Of a stretch of DNA of 24,000 nucleotides, positions 7,468 through 18,314 are shown in pieces. The DNA comes from Aquificaceae bacterium. Its GTDB lineage: Bacteria > Aquificota > Aquificia > Aquificales > Aquificaceae. A program made the translations under genes and the position numbers. The notes beneath the pieces are model-generated. The model had not been told where the DNA came from. It saw nothing but the letters and a program-made list of their open reading frames with translations, and made no database searches. Within the stretch, counting starts at the first letter, position 1, and the number at the start of each line of letters is the position of its first letter. The DNA is taken from positions 68,540-92,539 of the forward strand of contig JBEPZX010000003.1 in assembly GCA_041640635.1 (NCBI GenBank), given 5' to 3'.

Positions 7468-9909
7468 ATGTTTGAGAAGTTCACAGAAAAGGCAAGACAA
7501 ATTATTCTACAAGCAAGGGAAGAGGCCTTAGAGCTAGGCCATACCTATTTAGGTAGTGAACATATTCTTCTAGCCTTAATAAAGGAAGAGGATCTACCTT
7601 CATTGGTTCTTTCTAAATTTGGGCTTTCTACCGATAAAGTTAGAAGAGCTATAATGGGCCAGATTACTAGAGGCTCTCACTCAGGTGAGATACTGTTTGC
7701 TCCTGATGCAAAAAGAGTAATAGAGTTTGCCGTAGAAGAGGCAAGGATACTTCACCACCAATTTGTAGGTCCAGAACACTTGCTCATTGGTGTCATAAGA
7801 GAAAAAACGGGACTTGGTGGTAGGATACTCAGAGGTTTTGGATTAGACGAGTATTCAATAAGAAGAGAGATTCTCCAAATTCTTGGAGAGCTACCTCCTC
7901 AAGAAAGTGTAAAACAAGCTCCAACTCCCAACCTTGACAGATTCTCCAGGGATCTAACACAGATTGCAAGGGAAGGTAAACTCGACCCGGTCATAGGAAG
8001 GGATAGAGAGATAGAAAGAGTAATCCAAATTTTGGTAAGACGTAGGAAGAATAACCCTGTTTTACTTGGAGATCCAGGTGTAGGTAAGACCGCCATAGTA
8101 GAAGGTCTTGCGCAGAGGATAGCCAACAAAGAAGTCCCCGAACCACTTCTCAACAAGAGAGTTGTAGCTTTGGATCTTGCAGCTTTGGTTGCTGGTACCA
8201 AATACAGAGGTCAGTTTGAAGAGAGACTAAAAAGCATTCTCAAGGAGCTAGAGAAAGCCCCTAACGTCATTCTTTTCATAGATGAAATTCATACATTAGT
8301 AGGTGCTGGCTCAGCGGAAGGATCTATAGATGCATCCAATATGCTAAAGCCTGCACTGGCACGTGGTGAGGTTCAGGTCATAGGTGCCACAACCCTTGAC
8401 GAATACAGAAAGTATATAGAAAAGGATGGAGCCTTAGAGAGAAGATTTCAACCCGTCATAGTAGATCAGCCAACGGAAGAGGACACCATAAAGATCTTAT
8501 ACGGACTGAAGCACAAGTTTGAGGAGTTTCACGGTGTGGAGTACACACCAGAGGCTATAGAAAAAGCGGTAAGCTTATCCGTCCGTTACATAACAGATAG
8601 AAACCTACCTGACAAAGCTATAGACGTATTGGATGAATCTGGATCTCTTGTAAAGCTCAGATCTTACGAACAACCTGCACAAATAAAAGAGCTTGAAGCC
8701 AAGATAAAGGAACTAGAGCTCCAAAGGGAGGAAGCTGCAAGTGATCAAGACTATGAAAAAGCTGCGAGACTAAGGGACGAAGAACTTAAATTAAGAGCAA
8801 AGTTGGAAAACTTAAAGAGCAAGTGGAAGCAAGAAATGCTTCAAAATAGACCTAAGGTTACACAAGAGGATATAGCTGAAGTAATTTCAAAATGGACTGG
8901 TATACCTGTAAAGCGAGTGCACGAAAGCGATATGGAAAAACTTCTACACATAGAAGAGGAGTTAAAGAAACGTGTTGTCGGTCAGAGTGATGCCATAAAA
9001 GCTGTAGCGAAAGCCATAAGAAGGTCAAGAGTTGGATTAAAAGGTGTGCACAGACCAATAGGTGTGTTCCTGTTCTTGGGTCCTACAGGTGTTGGTAAGA
9101 CGGAAACGGCAAAGGCTTTAGCTGAGTACCTCTTTGGGACAGAAGATGCATTGGTAAGATTCGATATGTCCGAATACATGGAAAAGCATACAGTATCTAG
9201 ACTTGTAGGCGCACCTCCAGGATACGTGGGTTATGAAGAAGGTGGCCAGTTAACGGAAAAGGTAAGGAGAAGACCCTATTCTGTATTACTCTTTGATGAA
9301 ATAGAAAAGGCTCACCCAGATGTTTTTAACATATTCTTGCAAATATTCGACGATGGAAGGTTAACAGATGCCATGGGAAGAACTGTAGATTTCTCAAACA
9401 CCATAATAATCATGACATCCAACCTGGGTGCTAGACTCATAACCTACGGTAACACTATGGGATTTGAAAAGAAGTTTGGAATGATAGATTTTGAACAGAT
9501 GAAAAAGAACATAATGGACCAGGTTAAAAAAGCATTCAATCCTGAGTTTCTGAACAGGCTGGATGAGATAATAGTCTACAGACCTCTAGAGAAAGAAGAT
9601 ATATCAAAGATATTGGATATTCAACTGCGAGAGATTAATAAGAAGTTGAAAGAGTGGAATATTGAGGTAAAACTCCATAGCAGCTTTGTAGATTGGATAA
9701 TAGACAAAGAGTATAAGCCAGAATACGGTGCAAGAAGCATAAAGAGATCACTACAACATCATGTAGAGGACTTGCTAGCGGAGGAGTTACTAAAAGGCAC
9801 TCTTAAAGATACGCACACAGTGGAAATAAGAATAAAGGATGATAAGCCGTATATAAAACCTATAAAGAGTAAGGTTAAAGGAAAATTGAGTGCACTTGGC
9901 ACAGGGTAA
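7468..9909 (+). CDS. clpC: ATP-dependent Clp protease ATP-binding subunit ClpC
   Basis: Clp N domain ([34 protein letters not shown]), two AAA+ modules ([15 protein letters not shown]; [16 protein letters not shown]), UVR/middle domain [22 protein letters not shown]-terminal NTMGFEKK tripeptide loop (ClpP-docking type). Confidence 0.95.
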   Translation: MFEKFTEKARQIILQAREEALELGHTYLGSEHILLALIKEEDLPSLVLSKFGLSTDKVRRAIMGQITRGSHSGEILFAPDAKRVIEFAVEEARILHHQFVGPEHLLIGVIREKTGLGGRILRGFGLDEYSIRREILQILGELPPQESVKQAPTPNLDRFSRDLTQIAREGKLDPVIGRDREIERVIQILVRRRKNNPVLLGDPGVGKTAIVEGLAQRIANKEVPEPLLNKRVVALDLAALVAGTKYRGQFEERLKSILKELEKAPNVILFIDEIHTLVGAGSAEGSIDASNMLKPALARGEVQVIGATTLDEYRKYIEKDGALERRFQPVIVDQPTEEDTIKILYGLKHKFEEFHGVEYTPEAIEKAVSLSVRYITDRNLPDKAIDVLDESGSLVKLRSYEQPAQIKELEAKIKELELQREEAASDQDYEKAARLRDEELKLRAKLENLKSKWKQEMLQNRPKVTQEDIAEVISKWTGIPVKRVHESDMEKLLHIEEELKKRVVGQSDAIKAVAKAIRRSRVGLKGVHRPIGVFLFLGPTGVGKTETAKALAEYLFGTEDALVRFDMSEYMEKHTVSRLVGAPPGYVGYEEGGQLTEKVRRRPYSVLLFDEIEKAHPDVFNIFLQIFDDGRLTDAMGRTVDFSNTIIIMTSNLGARLITYGNTMGFEKKFGMIDFEQMKKNIMDQVKKAFNPEFLNRLDEIIVYRPLEKEDISKILDIQLREINKKLKEWNIEVKLHSSFVDWIIDKEYKPEYGARSIKRSLQHHVEDLLAEELLKGTLKDTHTVEIRIKDDKPYIKPIKSKVKGKLSALGTG

Positions 9910-9936
9910 GCCTCAGCTTGCCCTTCCCAATTTTTT
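9904..9936 (+). terminator. Possible weak intrinsic terminator overlapping the clpC stop codon
   Basis: GGGTAAGC (9904-9911), loop CTCA, GCTTGCCC (9916-9923; one G-U pair), then TTCCCAA and TTTTTT (9931-9936). The U-tract is 7 nt from the stem, so non-canonical. Confidence 0.35.
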
Positions 9937-10127
9937 CTTAAGCCATTTTTTCAAAACCTTTATCAAAGTAAGAATTTCAAGTTTGGCTAAAGTTAGGTTA
10001 ATGTCCTATAGTCATTTTTTTATTCATTTTTAAGTTTTGGGAGCCTTCTCAACTAAGAATATCATAAGCCGACTTACGATACATTAATGCAGATTACAAT
10101 AAGTCATAATAAATTTGATATCACTCT

Positions 10128-10865
10128 CTAAAACATTGGTATATATCTCCTAACCTTTTCTACTTCCTTTAGGTCTATATCTGCGCTTATGAGAAGTTCT
10201 TCATCAGCGGTGTAAGCCATTATATTTCCCCATGGATCCACTATGGATGAGCTTCCTGCGTACTCTTCATCACCCGTTTTTCCACATGCATTGGAAAGTA
10301 TTAAGTAAGATTGCGTTTCTACAGCTCTAGCTTGTGTTAAGATCTTTAGGTGATGACTTCTTCTAGCGCCCCACATGGAAGGTATGAGTATTATTTGTGC
10401 GCCATTTTTTCTTAGTTCTTCAAATATACTACAGAACCTAAGCTCAAAGCATATGGCAACGCCTATTTTCCCGTATTTTGTATCAAATACTAAGTTTTGT
10501 GTTCCCTGATTAAAGTATACATGTTCGTTGTATATAGGAAAAAGCTTTATTTTGTCCCTCTTTCCAATAATCTTACCATCTAACAGGATGATTGCTGTGT
10601 TATAAAGTTTCCCCTCTTCCAAAGTTGGGTATGTGCCTACCACTAAGATGCTTTTTTCTTTAGAAATCCTGGATATTTGGTCCAGAACTTCCCATGTTCT
10701 TTGTGCATGTTTTGCCATATTTGGGTAATCAAAACCACACATAAACATCTCTGGGAGAACAACCAAGGCCCCTTCTTGTATGGCTCCTAGAGCTTTCAAT
10801 ACTTTTTCGACGTTTTTTTCTATGTTTCCGAGTTCTACGTTAAATTGAAAGGAATAGGCTCTCAT
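10128..10865 (-). CDS. Carbon-nitrogen hydrolase (nitrilase/omega-amidase-like) family protein
   Basis: VVLPEMFMCGFDY (Glu), GKRDKIKLFP (Lys), IGVAICFELRF (Cys), SIVDPWGNIMAY blocks. Confidence 0.87.
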   Translation of the reverse strand: MRAYSFQFNVELGNIEKNVEKVLKALGAIQEGALVVLPEMFMCGFDYPNMAKHAQRTWEVLDQISRISKEKSILVVGTYPTLEEGKLYNTAIILLDGKIIGKRDKIKLFPIYNEHVYFNQGTQNLVFDTKYGKIGVAICFELRFCSIFEELRKNGAQIILIPSMWGARRSHHLKILTQARAVETQSYLILSNACGKTGDEEYAGSSSIVDPWGNIMAYTADEELLISADIDLKEVEKVRRYIPMF

Positions 10866-10885
10866 TAATTATTAAAATTTAAAGC

Positions 10886-12280
10886 ATGCTTGCAATTTTT
10901 GTGCTTGTATACCTATTTGTTACTTTGATAATAGGTTACTTGGCAAGTAAGCTTGTAAAAAATTCCAAAGACTTTTTACTTGCGGGAAGAAACCTACCTT
11001 TAAGTATCTCCGTATTTGCTTTGTTTGCCACATGGTTTGGTGCAGAAACGGTTCTGGGAGCCTCTTCTAAGATGGCAAAGGAAGGTCTATACGGCGTAAT
11101 AGAAGATCCATTCGGTGCAGCTCTATGTTTAATTTTGGTGGGTCTCTTTTTTGCAAAGAGGCTTTACAAACTCAATATATTGACCTTTGGAGATTTTTAC
11201 AAACTATACTACGGGAGAAAGGTTGAGGTGGTAGCTAGCATAATGTTGGCTATGTCTTACTTTGGATGGATAGCTGCTCAGATGGTAGCAATAGGAATAA
11301 TCGCTCAAATTTCGTTAGGTGTATCCAAAGAAATAGGGCTATTGATTGGTTTCTCTGTGGTGGTGTTTTACACCTTTTTGGGTGGTATGTGGGCAGTATC
11401 TTTAAATGATGCCATACAAACTATCTTTATAATTGTAGGCTTATCAGTTGCACTCTACCAAATATCTAGTGGTTCTGATTCCATCTTTTCCATTTTGTCT
11501 AATCAACCTAGCGAGTATTATAAATTTTTCCCAGACCTTAACACAAAAGACATTCTTCTTTATATATCCTCATGGATAGTTATAGGACTTGGCTCTATAC
11601 CACAGCAAGATATTTTCCAGAGGGTTATGTCGGCACGATCCGAGAGAGTGGCGGTATTGTCTAGTATATTGGCAGGTTTTATGTATTTGAGCGTAGCTTT
11701 TATACCTTTAACTTTGGCTGTTATTGCAAAGGCTAAACACCCAGAGCTTCTGGACTCCGATGCTCAGTTAATGCTCCCTACGTTGATTTTGAACTATACT
11801 GGTGTTTTTACTCAAATACTCTTCTTTGGTGCTCTGTTTTCTGCCATAATGAGTACAGCGAGCGGTGCCGTCCTTGCCTCATCTTCCGTAATAGGTGAAA
11901 ATTTGGTAAGACCACTCCTAAAAATAGACTCAGACAGAGTTTTTTTATGGGTAGTTAGGATTTGTATATTGTTTGTATCCCTTATATCACTACTTTTCGC
12001 CTTTGTTGGGGAGTCCATATACGAGTTGGTAGCCAGCTCCTCTGCCTTAAGTTTGGTATCTCTGTTTATACCTATGGTGGGTGCCATGTTCTTTGGTGTA
12101 AGAGATTCCAAGAGAGCAATGCTCAGTATAGTATCGGGTTTCTCTGTTTGGGTTGTGTTAGAGTACGTATTTTCATGGGATCTAGCGCTTTTAGCTGGAT
12201 TAGCTGCAAGCTTTATTTCCTTTGCTGCGTACAAGCTTACGAGTAAGCTAATTAGCAAAGTACTCATATTGAAATTATGA
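10886..12280 (+). CDS. Sodium:solute symporter (SSS) family transporter
   Basis: 464 aa polytopic protein; FLLAGRNLPLSISVFALFATWFGAETVLGAS, SWIVIGLGSIPQQDIFQRVMSARS and ALFSAIMSTASGAVLASSSVIGENL match the SSS core. Substrate cannot be assigned. Confidence 0.87.
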   Translation: MLAIFVLVYLFVTLIIGYLASKLVKNSKDFLLAGRNLPLSISVFALFATWFGAETVLGASSKMAKEGLYGVIEDPFGAALCLILVGLFFAKRLYKLNILTFGDFYKLYYGRKVEVVASIMLAMSYFGWIAAQMVAIGIIAQISLGVSKEIGLLIGFSVVVFYTFLGGMWAVSLNDAIQTIFIIVGLSVALYQISSGSDSIFSILSNQPSEYYKFFPDLNTKDILLYISSWIVIGLGSIPQQDIFQRVMSARSERVAVLSSILAGFMYLSVAFIPLTLAVIAKAKHPELLDSDAQLMLPTLILNYTGVFTQILFFGALFSAIMSTASGAVLASSSVIGENLVRPLLKIDSDRVFLWVVRICILFVSLISLLFAFVGESIYELVASSSALSLVSLFIPMVGAMFFGVRDSKRAMLSIVSGFSVWVVLEYVFSWDLALLAGLAASFISFAAYKLTSKLISKVLILKL

Positions 12281-12289
12281 ATTTCCCGC

Positions 12290-12868
12290 TTAGTCTTTTA
12301 CTAATTGTTGAATTATATGTCTAAAATTTTGTGGATTAATCAGTTTTATTCCTACTCTGTCTGCCCATTTTCTCAGACCTTCATCCCCAGATACCAAAAT
12401 ACCATCCAATTCGTAAGCCAAAAGCAAAACATCCACGTCTTCTTTGCTATCTATGATACCAGTTCTTAATGCTTCTCTATATTTTTCTCTTAGCTTATTT
12501 ATCAGTTTACCTACTTCTTCCTGTGTTAATTTGCCTGCTTCTTTTGTGTACTCTTCTGCAATTCTTAACCCCTTGTTTATTCTGTGTCTGACCTCTTCGA
12601 TAAACTCATATAAGAACTCCGCGGGAACTAACAGGTTGAACCTTCTTGGTGATCTTACCCTAACGACGAGTTCAAACTTTGCGGAAAGGCTACCTAAATC
12701 TACCATTTTAAGCAACTCGTCGTATACAGAGGATGGCATATAAAACTCGCACTTAGTATGAGCAGCCAAGGAAACAAACGTTTCTATAGCCCCTATTTTA
12801 TCTTCTTCAAACTGAGAGTAGATATCTGGGTTCGTGAATACGCTTGTATCTAAAACAAACCTTTCCAT
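12290..12868 (-). CDS. Protein-only RNase P, HARP family (Homolog of Aquifex RNase P; formerly 'RNA ligase partner' PIN-domain protein)
   Basis: 192 aa, the size expected for A. aeolicus Aq_880; [73 protein letters not shown] and [39 protein letters not shown]-type acidic residues present at D7, D140, D144 and D162. Confidence 0.88.
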   Translation of the reverse strand: MERFVLDTSVFTNPDIYSQFEEDKIGAIETFVSLAAHTKCEFYMPSSVYDELLKMVDLGSLSAKFELVVRVRSPRRFNLLVPAEFLYEFIEEVRHRINKGLRIAEEYTKEAGKLTQEEVGKLINKLREKYREALRTGIIDSKEDVDVLLLAYELDGILVSGDEGLRKWADRVGIKLINPQNFRHIIQQLVKD

Positions 12869-12877
12869 TTTACCTCT

Positions 12878-13714
12878 TTAGAGTTCATCGCTAAATACTT
12901 TTTCTGGTATATCCACCTTTATTATATTGGCTTCTTTCCCTAGCCTAAGTAGAAGCCTTACAGCTCTTCTTCCATCTTCTCCGTAATCTATGGTTCTTTG
13001 ATTTACGTACATGCTCACAAACCTTTTTGTTTTCTCTTCACTTTCCTTTATATCTCTTGCATACTCTTTGGCGTATTCCAGTGCCATATCCATATGGTTG
13101 ATGGCATACTCTACGCTCTCTCTCATTAGCTTTTCTATTTTTCTTATGGTTTCTTTCCCTAAGTCTTTTCTCACTACGTTACATCCCAAAGGCAAAACGA
13201 GTCCGTACTTTTCTTTCCACCACTGTCCCAAATCTACAACCTTTGTAAGTCCTCTGTCTAAGTAAGACAACTGCCCTTCGTGTATCACAAGACCCGCATC
13301 GACTTGTCCCCTTAGGACGTAGTCCATCACCTGATCAAAAGGAACAACTACTTCTTCAAATTCAGGCTCGTAAAGCTTGAGTACCAAAAAAGCCGTCGTC
13401 AATGTTCCTGGAACGGCTACCCTTTTGCCTTTTATACTTTCTAGCTTTTCTTTTGCAACTACGATAGGACCGTATCCATCACCTACGCTTCCACCGCTTG
13501 GTAATACTAAGTACTTGTCAGCCACGTAAGGGTAAGCATGAAAAGAGATAGCTGAGACTTCGTATGTGCCTTTTAGTGCTTCTCTGTTAAGTGTTTCTAT
13601 ATCTGCAAGCACATGCTCTATCTGCAGACCTTGAGTATCTATTTTTCCACTTACCAAAGGATAAAACATGAAGGCATCATCTGAGTCAGGGCTATGTGCT
13701 ATTCTTATCTTCAT
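12878..13714 (-). CDS. mqnD: 1,4-dihydroxy-6-naphthoate synthase (futalosine menaquinone pathway)
   Basis: IRIAHSPDSDDAFMFYPLVSGKIDT, YEVSAISFHAYPYVADKYLVLPSGGSVGDGYGP, VPGTLTTAFLVLKLYEP match MqnD. Confidence 0.87.
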   Translation of the reverse strand: MKIRIAHSPDSDDAFMFYPLVSGKIDTQGLQIEHVLADIETLNREALKGTYEVSAISFHAYPYVADKYLVLPSGGSVGDGYGPIVVAKEKLESIKGKRVAVPGTLTTAFLVLKLYEPEFEEVVVPFDQVMDYVLRGQVDAGLVIHEGQLSYLDRGLTKVVDLGQWWKEKYGLVLPLGCNVVRKDLGKETIRKIEKLMRESVEYAINHMDMALEYAKEYARDIKESEEKTKRFVSMYVNQRTIDYGEDGRRAVRLLLRLGKEANIIKVDIPEKVFSDEL

Positions 13715-14681
13715 TTTTCTTCTCCTTTACAAGTTGTGGTAATTTAAGAAGATGGATGTAGATCCTTTTCCACTTGCTCCACTCTATAGCTGGAAGGTTT
13801 GCACCGTAGGTTTTTCCTGGTTCCAAATCGCTCGCTACTCCTGACTTAGCTGCTACCGTTACATTATCCCCTATTTTTATATGATCTGCAACTCCCACCT
13901 GTCCCGCAAGAACTACATTTTCCCCCGTTTTTACGCTTCCAGACAGCCCTACCTGACTAACTATAATGTTATTTTTCCCAATTCTGCAGTTGTGTCCAAT
14001 CATAACAAGATTATCTATCTTGGTGTTTTCCTTTACCATTGTTGAATCTATCAAAGCTCTGTCTATGGTAGTGTTTGCACCTATCTCTACGTAATCTTCT
14101 ATGACTACATTCCCTATGTGATTAAGCTTTATTATTCCCTCTTTCCCTATGTAGTAACCAAAGCCATCGGCACCAATTACACTGCCAGAGTGAATTCTTA
14201 CTCCTTTGCCTATTACACACCTAGAGTATATATGCACTCCGCTAAATACTACGCTGTTTTCTCCTATTACAGTGTAGTCACCTATGTAAGAAAAGGGGTA
14301 TATTTTTACGTTATCTCCAAGCCTTACACCATCACCAACGTAAACAAAGGGTCCTATGTATACACCTTCCCCAATTTCTACAGCTTTTCCTATATGAGCT
14401 TTTTCTGATATACCTACAGGATGTACTTCAGGATATAGCAGGTTCAAAGTCTTTGCTAAGGCTAACTTAACATTATCAACCAATAGATAAGTTTCTCTAG
14501 ATATTTCGGCGCTTACAACAGGAACGCAGCTTGGTGATAAGGTCTGGGCATCCATAGGATGATAGCAAAACACCAATGTATTTTCCTTTGGATTTTCTAC
14601 AGAGGAAATTCCACAAATATGTATATCTTCTTTTCCAATTAGCCTAGCATCAATCTCTTTAGCTATTCTGGTGAGCTTCAT
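13692..14681 (-). CDS. lpxD: UDP-3-O-acylglucosamine N-acyltransferase
   Basis: Hexapeptide-repeat left-handed beta-helix; VIGADGFGYYIGKEGIIKLNHIGNVVIEDYVEIGANTTIDRA...DNLVMIGHNCRIGKN is the LpxD core. Confidence 0.94.
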   Translation of the reverse strand: MKLTRIAKEIDARLIGKEDIHICGISSVENPKENTLVFCYHPMDAQTLSPSCVPVVSAEISRETYLLVDNVKLALAKTLNLLYPEVHPVGISEKAHIGKAVEIGEGVYIGPFVYVGDGVRLGDNVKIYPFSYIGDYTVIGENSVVFSGVHIYSRCVIGKGVRIHSGSVIGADGFGYYIGKEGIIKLNHIGNVVIEDYVEIGANTTIDRALIDSTMVKENTKIDNLVMIGHNCRIGKNNIIVSQVGLSGSVKTGENVVLAGQVGVADHIKIGDNVTVAAKSGVASDLEPGKTYGANLPAIEWSKWKRIYIHLLKLPQLVKEKKNEDKNST

Positions 14682-15163
14682 TTAATTTGGTCGAGTTTGG
14701 ATGTTACTTCACTGGTTATATCTAGTTGAGGGTCCATATAAACAAAAGCATTACAATCTAAGATACCTGTATAGCCTTTCTGCTTAGCAATATCCACAGA
14801 TATTTTCTTTAGGTTATCAAAAAGTTCTTTCTCTAGTTGCGTTTTAAGTTCTGCGAGTTCTCTGTTGGCTTTGTTTTGTAGTTCAAATCCTTTACTTTCC
14901 AACTGCTGATACTCTTTTATTTTTTGTTCTCTTGCTTGCTGAGTTATAGCTTTACTCTCTACTTGCTTTTTCAGTTCTTCAAGCTTTTTATTTATCTCAT
15001 CCAGCTGTTTTTGGTACTCTTGAGCTTTAGAAGTGAGCACAGACTGTTTTTGTTTTACAAACTGGGATTCAGTCATTAACTTGGCTGAGTCAATGCAGGC
15101 GAACTTCTGTTGTGCAAAAGTAATGGTACCAAGTAGAAGCAACCCTAAGAATACTTTTTTCAT
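14678..15163 (-). CDS. Skp/OmpH-family periplasmic chaperone
   Basis: Signal peptide (MKKVFLGLLLLGTITFAQQ), FACIDSAKLM..S and long coiled-coil, upstream of lpxD as expected for skp/ompH. Confidence 0.82.
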   Translation of the reverse strand: MKKVFLGLLLLGTITFAQQKFACIDSAKLMTESQFVKQKQSVLTSKAQEYQKQLDEINKKLEELKKQVESKAITQQAREQKIKEYQQLESKGFELQNKANRELAELKTQLEKELFDNLKKISVDIAKQKGYTGILDCNAFVYMDPQLDITSEVTSKLDQIK

Positions 15164-15184
15164 AATCTGAACCTCCTAAGCTTA

Positions 15185-16414
15185 TTATACAACCTTTTCC
15201 AAGATGTATTTGGGTTTAGTCTTATTCTTAACGGTTTCTTCGTCTACGATGACCTTTTGGACGTTTAAAAGAGATGGCACATGATACATAATGTCTGTCA
15301 TTATTTCTTCCATAATGGCTCTGAGTCCTCTCGCTCCTGTTTTTCTTCTTATTGCCTCTTTTGCTATATACCTTATGGCTTCTTCTGTGAACTCAAGCTC
15401 TACACCGTCCATTTCTAGTAGCTTTTGGTACTGCTTTACAAGAGCATTCTTTGGCTCAACGAGTATACGAACAAGGTCATCTTCTGAAAGTTCGTTAAGT
15501 ACCGCTATAACTGGTAATCTTCCTATGAACTCTGGTATTAGACCAAAATGTACCAAGTCATCTGGTTCTACCAGTTCTATTACGTTTTGATCTTGAATAC
15601 TCTTACTTATGGCTGATTCGAAACCAACAACAGATTTTCCTAGCCTCCTTTTTATTATTTCATCCAAACCTACAAAAGCACCCCCGCATATAAAGAGTAT
15701 GTTGGTTGTATCTACCTGTATAAACTCCTGATGAGGGTGTTTCCTACCACCTTGTGGTGGCACGTTGGCTATGGTTCCCTCTATAATCTTTAGAAGTGCC
15801 TGCTGTACACCTTCACCAGATACGTCTCTGGTAATTGAGGGGTTTATGCCTGACTTTTTGGCTATCTTGTCTATTTCGTCTATGTAAACTATACCCTTTT
15901 GGGCGAGTTTAACGTCGTAACCACAGTTTTGAAGAAGCCTCACTAAAACGTTTTCTACGTCTTCACCTACGTAACCTGCTTCCGTCAAAGAAGTGGCATC
16001 GGCTATGGCAAAAGGCACGTTCAGGAGCTTGGCTAACGTTTTTGCAAGCAAAGTCTTACCGGAACCTGTAGGACCTATTAAAAGAATATTGCTTTTTTCT
16101 ATATCTACATCGTGTACACTTAACCCAAGTTCCTTGGCTCTTATGCGCTTGTAATGGTTGTAAACAGCTACAGATAGTATCTTTTTTGCTTTTTCTTGAC
16201 CTATTATGTATTCATCCAACGCTTTCTTTATCTGTTCTGGTTTGGGAACACTTTCAAGTTCTTTGTGTTTATACTGTGAAATTTGTTCCTTAACGATGGA
16301 GTTGCAAGCTTCTACGCACCTGTCACATATATGTACATTGTTAGGTCCAGCTATCAATACCAAAACTTCGTCCTGTGATCTACCACAGAAGGAACAGTGA
16401 TTTTTAGTCTTCAT
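15185..16414 (-). CDS. clpX: ATP-dependent Clp protease ATP-binding subunit ClpX
   Basis: N-terminal zinc finger CSFCGRSQ...ICDRCVEAC, Walker [33 protein letters not shown] (ClpP-binding loop), [11 protein letters not shown]. Confidence 0.96.
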   Translation of the reverse strand: MKTKNHCSFCGRSQDEVLVLIAGPNNVHICDRCVEACNSIVKEQISQYKHKELESVPKPEQIKKALDEYIIGQEKAKKILSVAVYNHYKRIRAKELGLSVHDVDIEKSNILLIGPTGSGKTLLAKTLAKLLNVPFAIADATSLTEAGYVGEDVENVLVRLLQNCGYDVKLAQKGIVYIDEIDKIAKKSGINPSITRDVSGEGVQQALLKIIEGTIANVPPQGGRKHPHQEFIQVDTTNILFICGGAFVGLDEIIKRRLGKSVVGFESAISKSIQDQNVIELVEPDDLVHFGLIPEFIGRLPVIAVLNELSEDDLVRILVEPKNALVKQYQKLLEMDGVELEFTEEAIRYIAKEAIRRKTGARGLRAIMEEIMTDIMYHVPSLLNVQKVIVDEETVKNKTKPKYILEKVV

Positions 16415-16415
16415 G

Positions 16416-17015
16416 TTACTCTCTCTTCTGTATAACTTTATCCACTATGCCGTACTGGCGTGCCTCTTCAGCAGACATAAAGTAATCTCTTTCTACATCG
16501 TTTTGAATTTTCTCTAAAGGTTGCCCTGTATGTTTTGCGAGTATTGAGTTAAGTATATTTTTAATTCTCTTTATTTCTTCAGCGTGTATGATTATGTCGG
16601 TTGCTTGACCGCTTATACCGCCTAGTGGTTGATGTATCATTATTCGAGCGTTAGGCAAAGCATACCTTTTGCCAGGTGCGCCAGCAGCTAACAAAACAGC
16701 CCCCATAGAAGCCGCTTGTCCTATACAGATAGTCACAACGTTAGGTTTTATATACTGCATTGTGTCGTAAATAGCCATGCCTGCTGTTACAGAACCACCT
16801 GGAGAGTTTATGTAAAGGTAGATATCTTTTTCTGGATCCTGGGCTTCCAAAAACAGAAGCTGAGCAACGATCAAATTAGCTACATGATCGTCTATGGGAA
16901 ATCCCAGTAAAACTATCCTATCCTGCAGGAGCCTTGAGTATATGTCGTAAGCTCTTTCGCCCCTTGGTGTTTGTTCGATAACAATTGGAACGAGCTGATT
17001 AAGTATGTCCTTCAT
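16416..17015 (-). CDS. clpP: ATP-dependent Clp protease proteolytic subunit ClpP
   Basis: [53 protein letters not shown] (Ser), [10 protein letters not shown] (His), [18 protein letters not shown] (Asp). Confidence 0.97.
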   Translation of the reverse strand: MKDILNQLVPIVIEQTPRGERAYDIYSRLLQDRIVLLGFPIDDHVANLIVAQLLFLEAQDPEKDIYLYINSPGGSVTAGMAIYDTMQYIKPNVVTICIGQAASMGAVLLAAGAPGKRYALPNARIMIHQPLGGISGQATDIIIHAEEIKRIKNILNSILAKHTGQPLEKIQNDVERDYFMSAEEARQYGIVDKVIQKRE

Positions 17016-18294
17016 CTTTGGTTTCCTCCTTCTGGACTTCTTTAACGATAGCCTTTTGCATTAATTCTTTGATAGCCTTTTCCCTCGCAATATCTCCCAT
17101 TACAACTGGTACCAGATTTTGGCTTTCGAAGTACACTTTTATGTTTTCTGCGCTTGTGTTGTTCATGGCTGCAAGTTCTTCGTACTTTTTCTGCAAATCT
17201 TCGTCACTTACATTAATGTTCTTACTTTGTGCATATTTGTCAAGTATTAATCTTAACTTGATATTGAAGATAGCCTGTGGTCTTACTTCTTCGGATAAAG
17301 CCTTAACGTTTACATGCTTTGGATCAATACCGTACTGAGCCAAGTAATTTAATCTTTGTGTTACCAAGCTTTCAATCTCTTTCGCAAGAAGGGTACGCGG
17401 AACTTCTATGTCGTGCATTTCTACTAACTTATGTGCAAGGGCATTCTCTATCGCTTGTTCTCTCATTTTCTCCAGATTTTCCTGTATGTTTTTTCTCAGT
17501 TTTTCCATAGCCTCTTGCAAAGTGTCTCCAAGACCAGCTTGCTTTGCCAAATCATCGTTTAGTTCTGGCAGAACTTTCTCTTTTATAGCTTTTATAGTGA
17601 CTCTGACGTTTGCCTTTCCAGCTTCTTTACCCTCAGTATCGTAAAGCGTCAAGTCTGTGAAACTGAGCTCCTCGCCCTCAGATCTACCTTCTAAAGAGGA
17701 GTCTATTTCTTCTCTAAACATTCTTTCGCCAACTACACCAGATGTTTCGCCCTGTGTCTTTTCACCAGAGCTCGTTTCTTCGATCTCATACTCTATAACA
17801 ACCAAGTCTCCCTTTTTGGTAGGTCTGTTTGCTGGTTCCCAAAGTGCGTGTTCTTCCCTAATTTTTTCCAATGCTTCTTCTACCATCTTTTCACTGAATT
17901 CTAGTTTGGGTATTTCAACTTCTACATTCTCAAGGTCTTTTAGTTCAAATTCTGGTATAACCTCAAAGGTTACAGTGTAAGAAACTTTTGGGGGGTTTTC
18001 TTGTAATTCTACACTTTCCAAATAGATGCTGGCTGCCGGCTTTAGTTTAGTCTCATTTATAGCTTTTTCTAAGGTGGCATCAGCAACTTTTTTCCCTACC
18101 TCTTCTCTTATTGACTCTTTGTAACGGCTCTTTATTATCCAGAGTGGGACCGTTCCCTTTCTAAAACCTTCTATTTGGGCATTTTCTTTTAAGTATTGAT
18201 AAACCTCGTTTAGAGCCTTTTCAACAATATCACCTTCTACGTTAACCGTTAAGGATTTGAAAAGGCCTTCTTTCTCTTGAACTGTTACTTTCAT
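16999..18294 (-). CDS. tig: Trigger factor (ribosome-associated chaperone/PPIase)
   Basis: [20 protein letters not shown] ribosome-binding signature, FKBP-like central domain ([13 protein letters not shown]), C-terminal helical domain; adjacent to clpP/clpX. Strong SD AGGAGGA at 18299-18305. Confidence 0.93.
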   Translation of the reverse strand: MKVTVQEKEGLFKSLTVNVEGDIVEKALNEVYQYLKENAQIEGFRKGTVPLWIIKSRYKESIREEVGKKVADATLEKAINETKLKPAASIYLESVELQENPPKVSYTVTFEVIPEFELKDLENVEVEIPKLEFSEKMVEEALEKIREEHALWEPANRPTKKGDLVVIEYEIEETSSGEKTQGETSGVVGERMFREEIDSSLEGRSEGEELSFTDLTLYDTEGKEAGKANVRVTIKAIKEKVLPELNDDLAKQAGLGDTLQEAMEKLRKNIQENLEKMREQAIENALAHKLVEMHDIEVPRTLLAKEIESLVTQRLNYLAQYGIDPKHVNVKALSEEVRPQAIFNIKLRLILDKYAQSKNINVSDEDLQKKYEELAAMNNTSAENIKVYFESQNLVPVVMGDIAREKAIKELMQKAIVKEVQKEETKDEGHT

Positions 18295-18314
18295 TTAATC
18301 CTCCTGAGTTTAAA

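Noticed and set aside
11812-12267. Minus-strand 151 aa ORF antisense to the SSS symporter gene
   Set aside because: Low-complexity Ser/Thr/Lys-rich shadow ORF complementary to a well-supported transporter CDS; the nested plus ORF 11962..12246 is likewise a frame shadow.
12271-12285. GAAATT-ATG-AATTTC hairpin at the SSS/HARP convergent junction as a terminator
   Set aside because: Only 6 bp, A/T-dominated, 3 nt loop and no adjacent T-run; too weak to call.
12290-12868. Interpreting the PIN-domain protein as a VapC toxin of a toxin-antitoxin system
   Set aside because: No antitoxin gene adjacent; length, long helical insertion and overall sequence match the HARP/Aq_880 family rather than VapC.
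13011-13265. Plus-strand ORF antisense to mqnD, and similar shadows at 12444..12743, 14118..14408, 15291..15590
   Set aside because: Overlap well-identified minus-strand genes; composition is that of reverse-complemented coding sequence.
17018-17980. Plus-strand ORFs antisense to tig (17018..17338, 17408..17644, 17657..17980)
   Set aside because: Ser/Phe-rich translations complementary to Glu/Lys-rich trigger factor codons; shadows.
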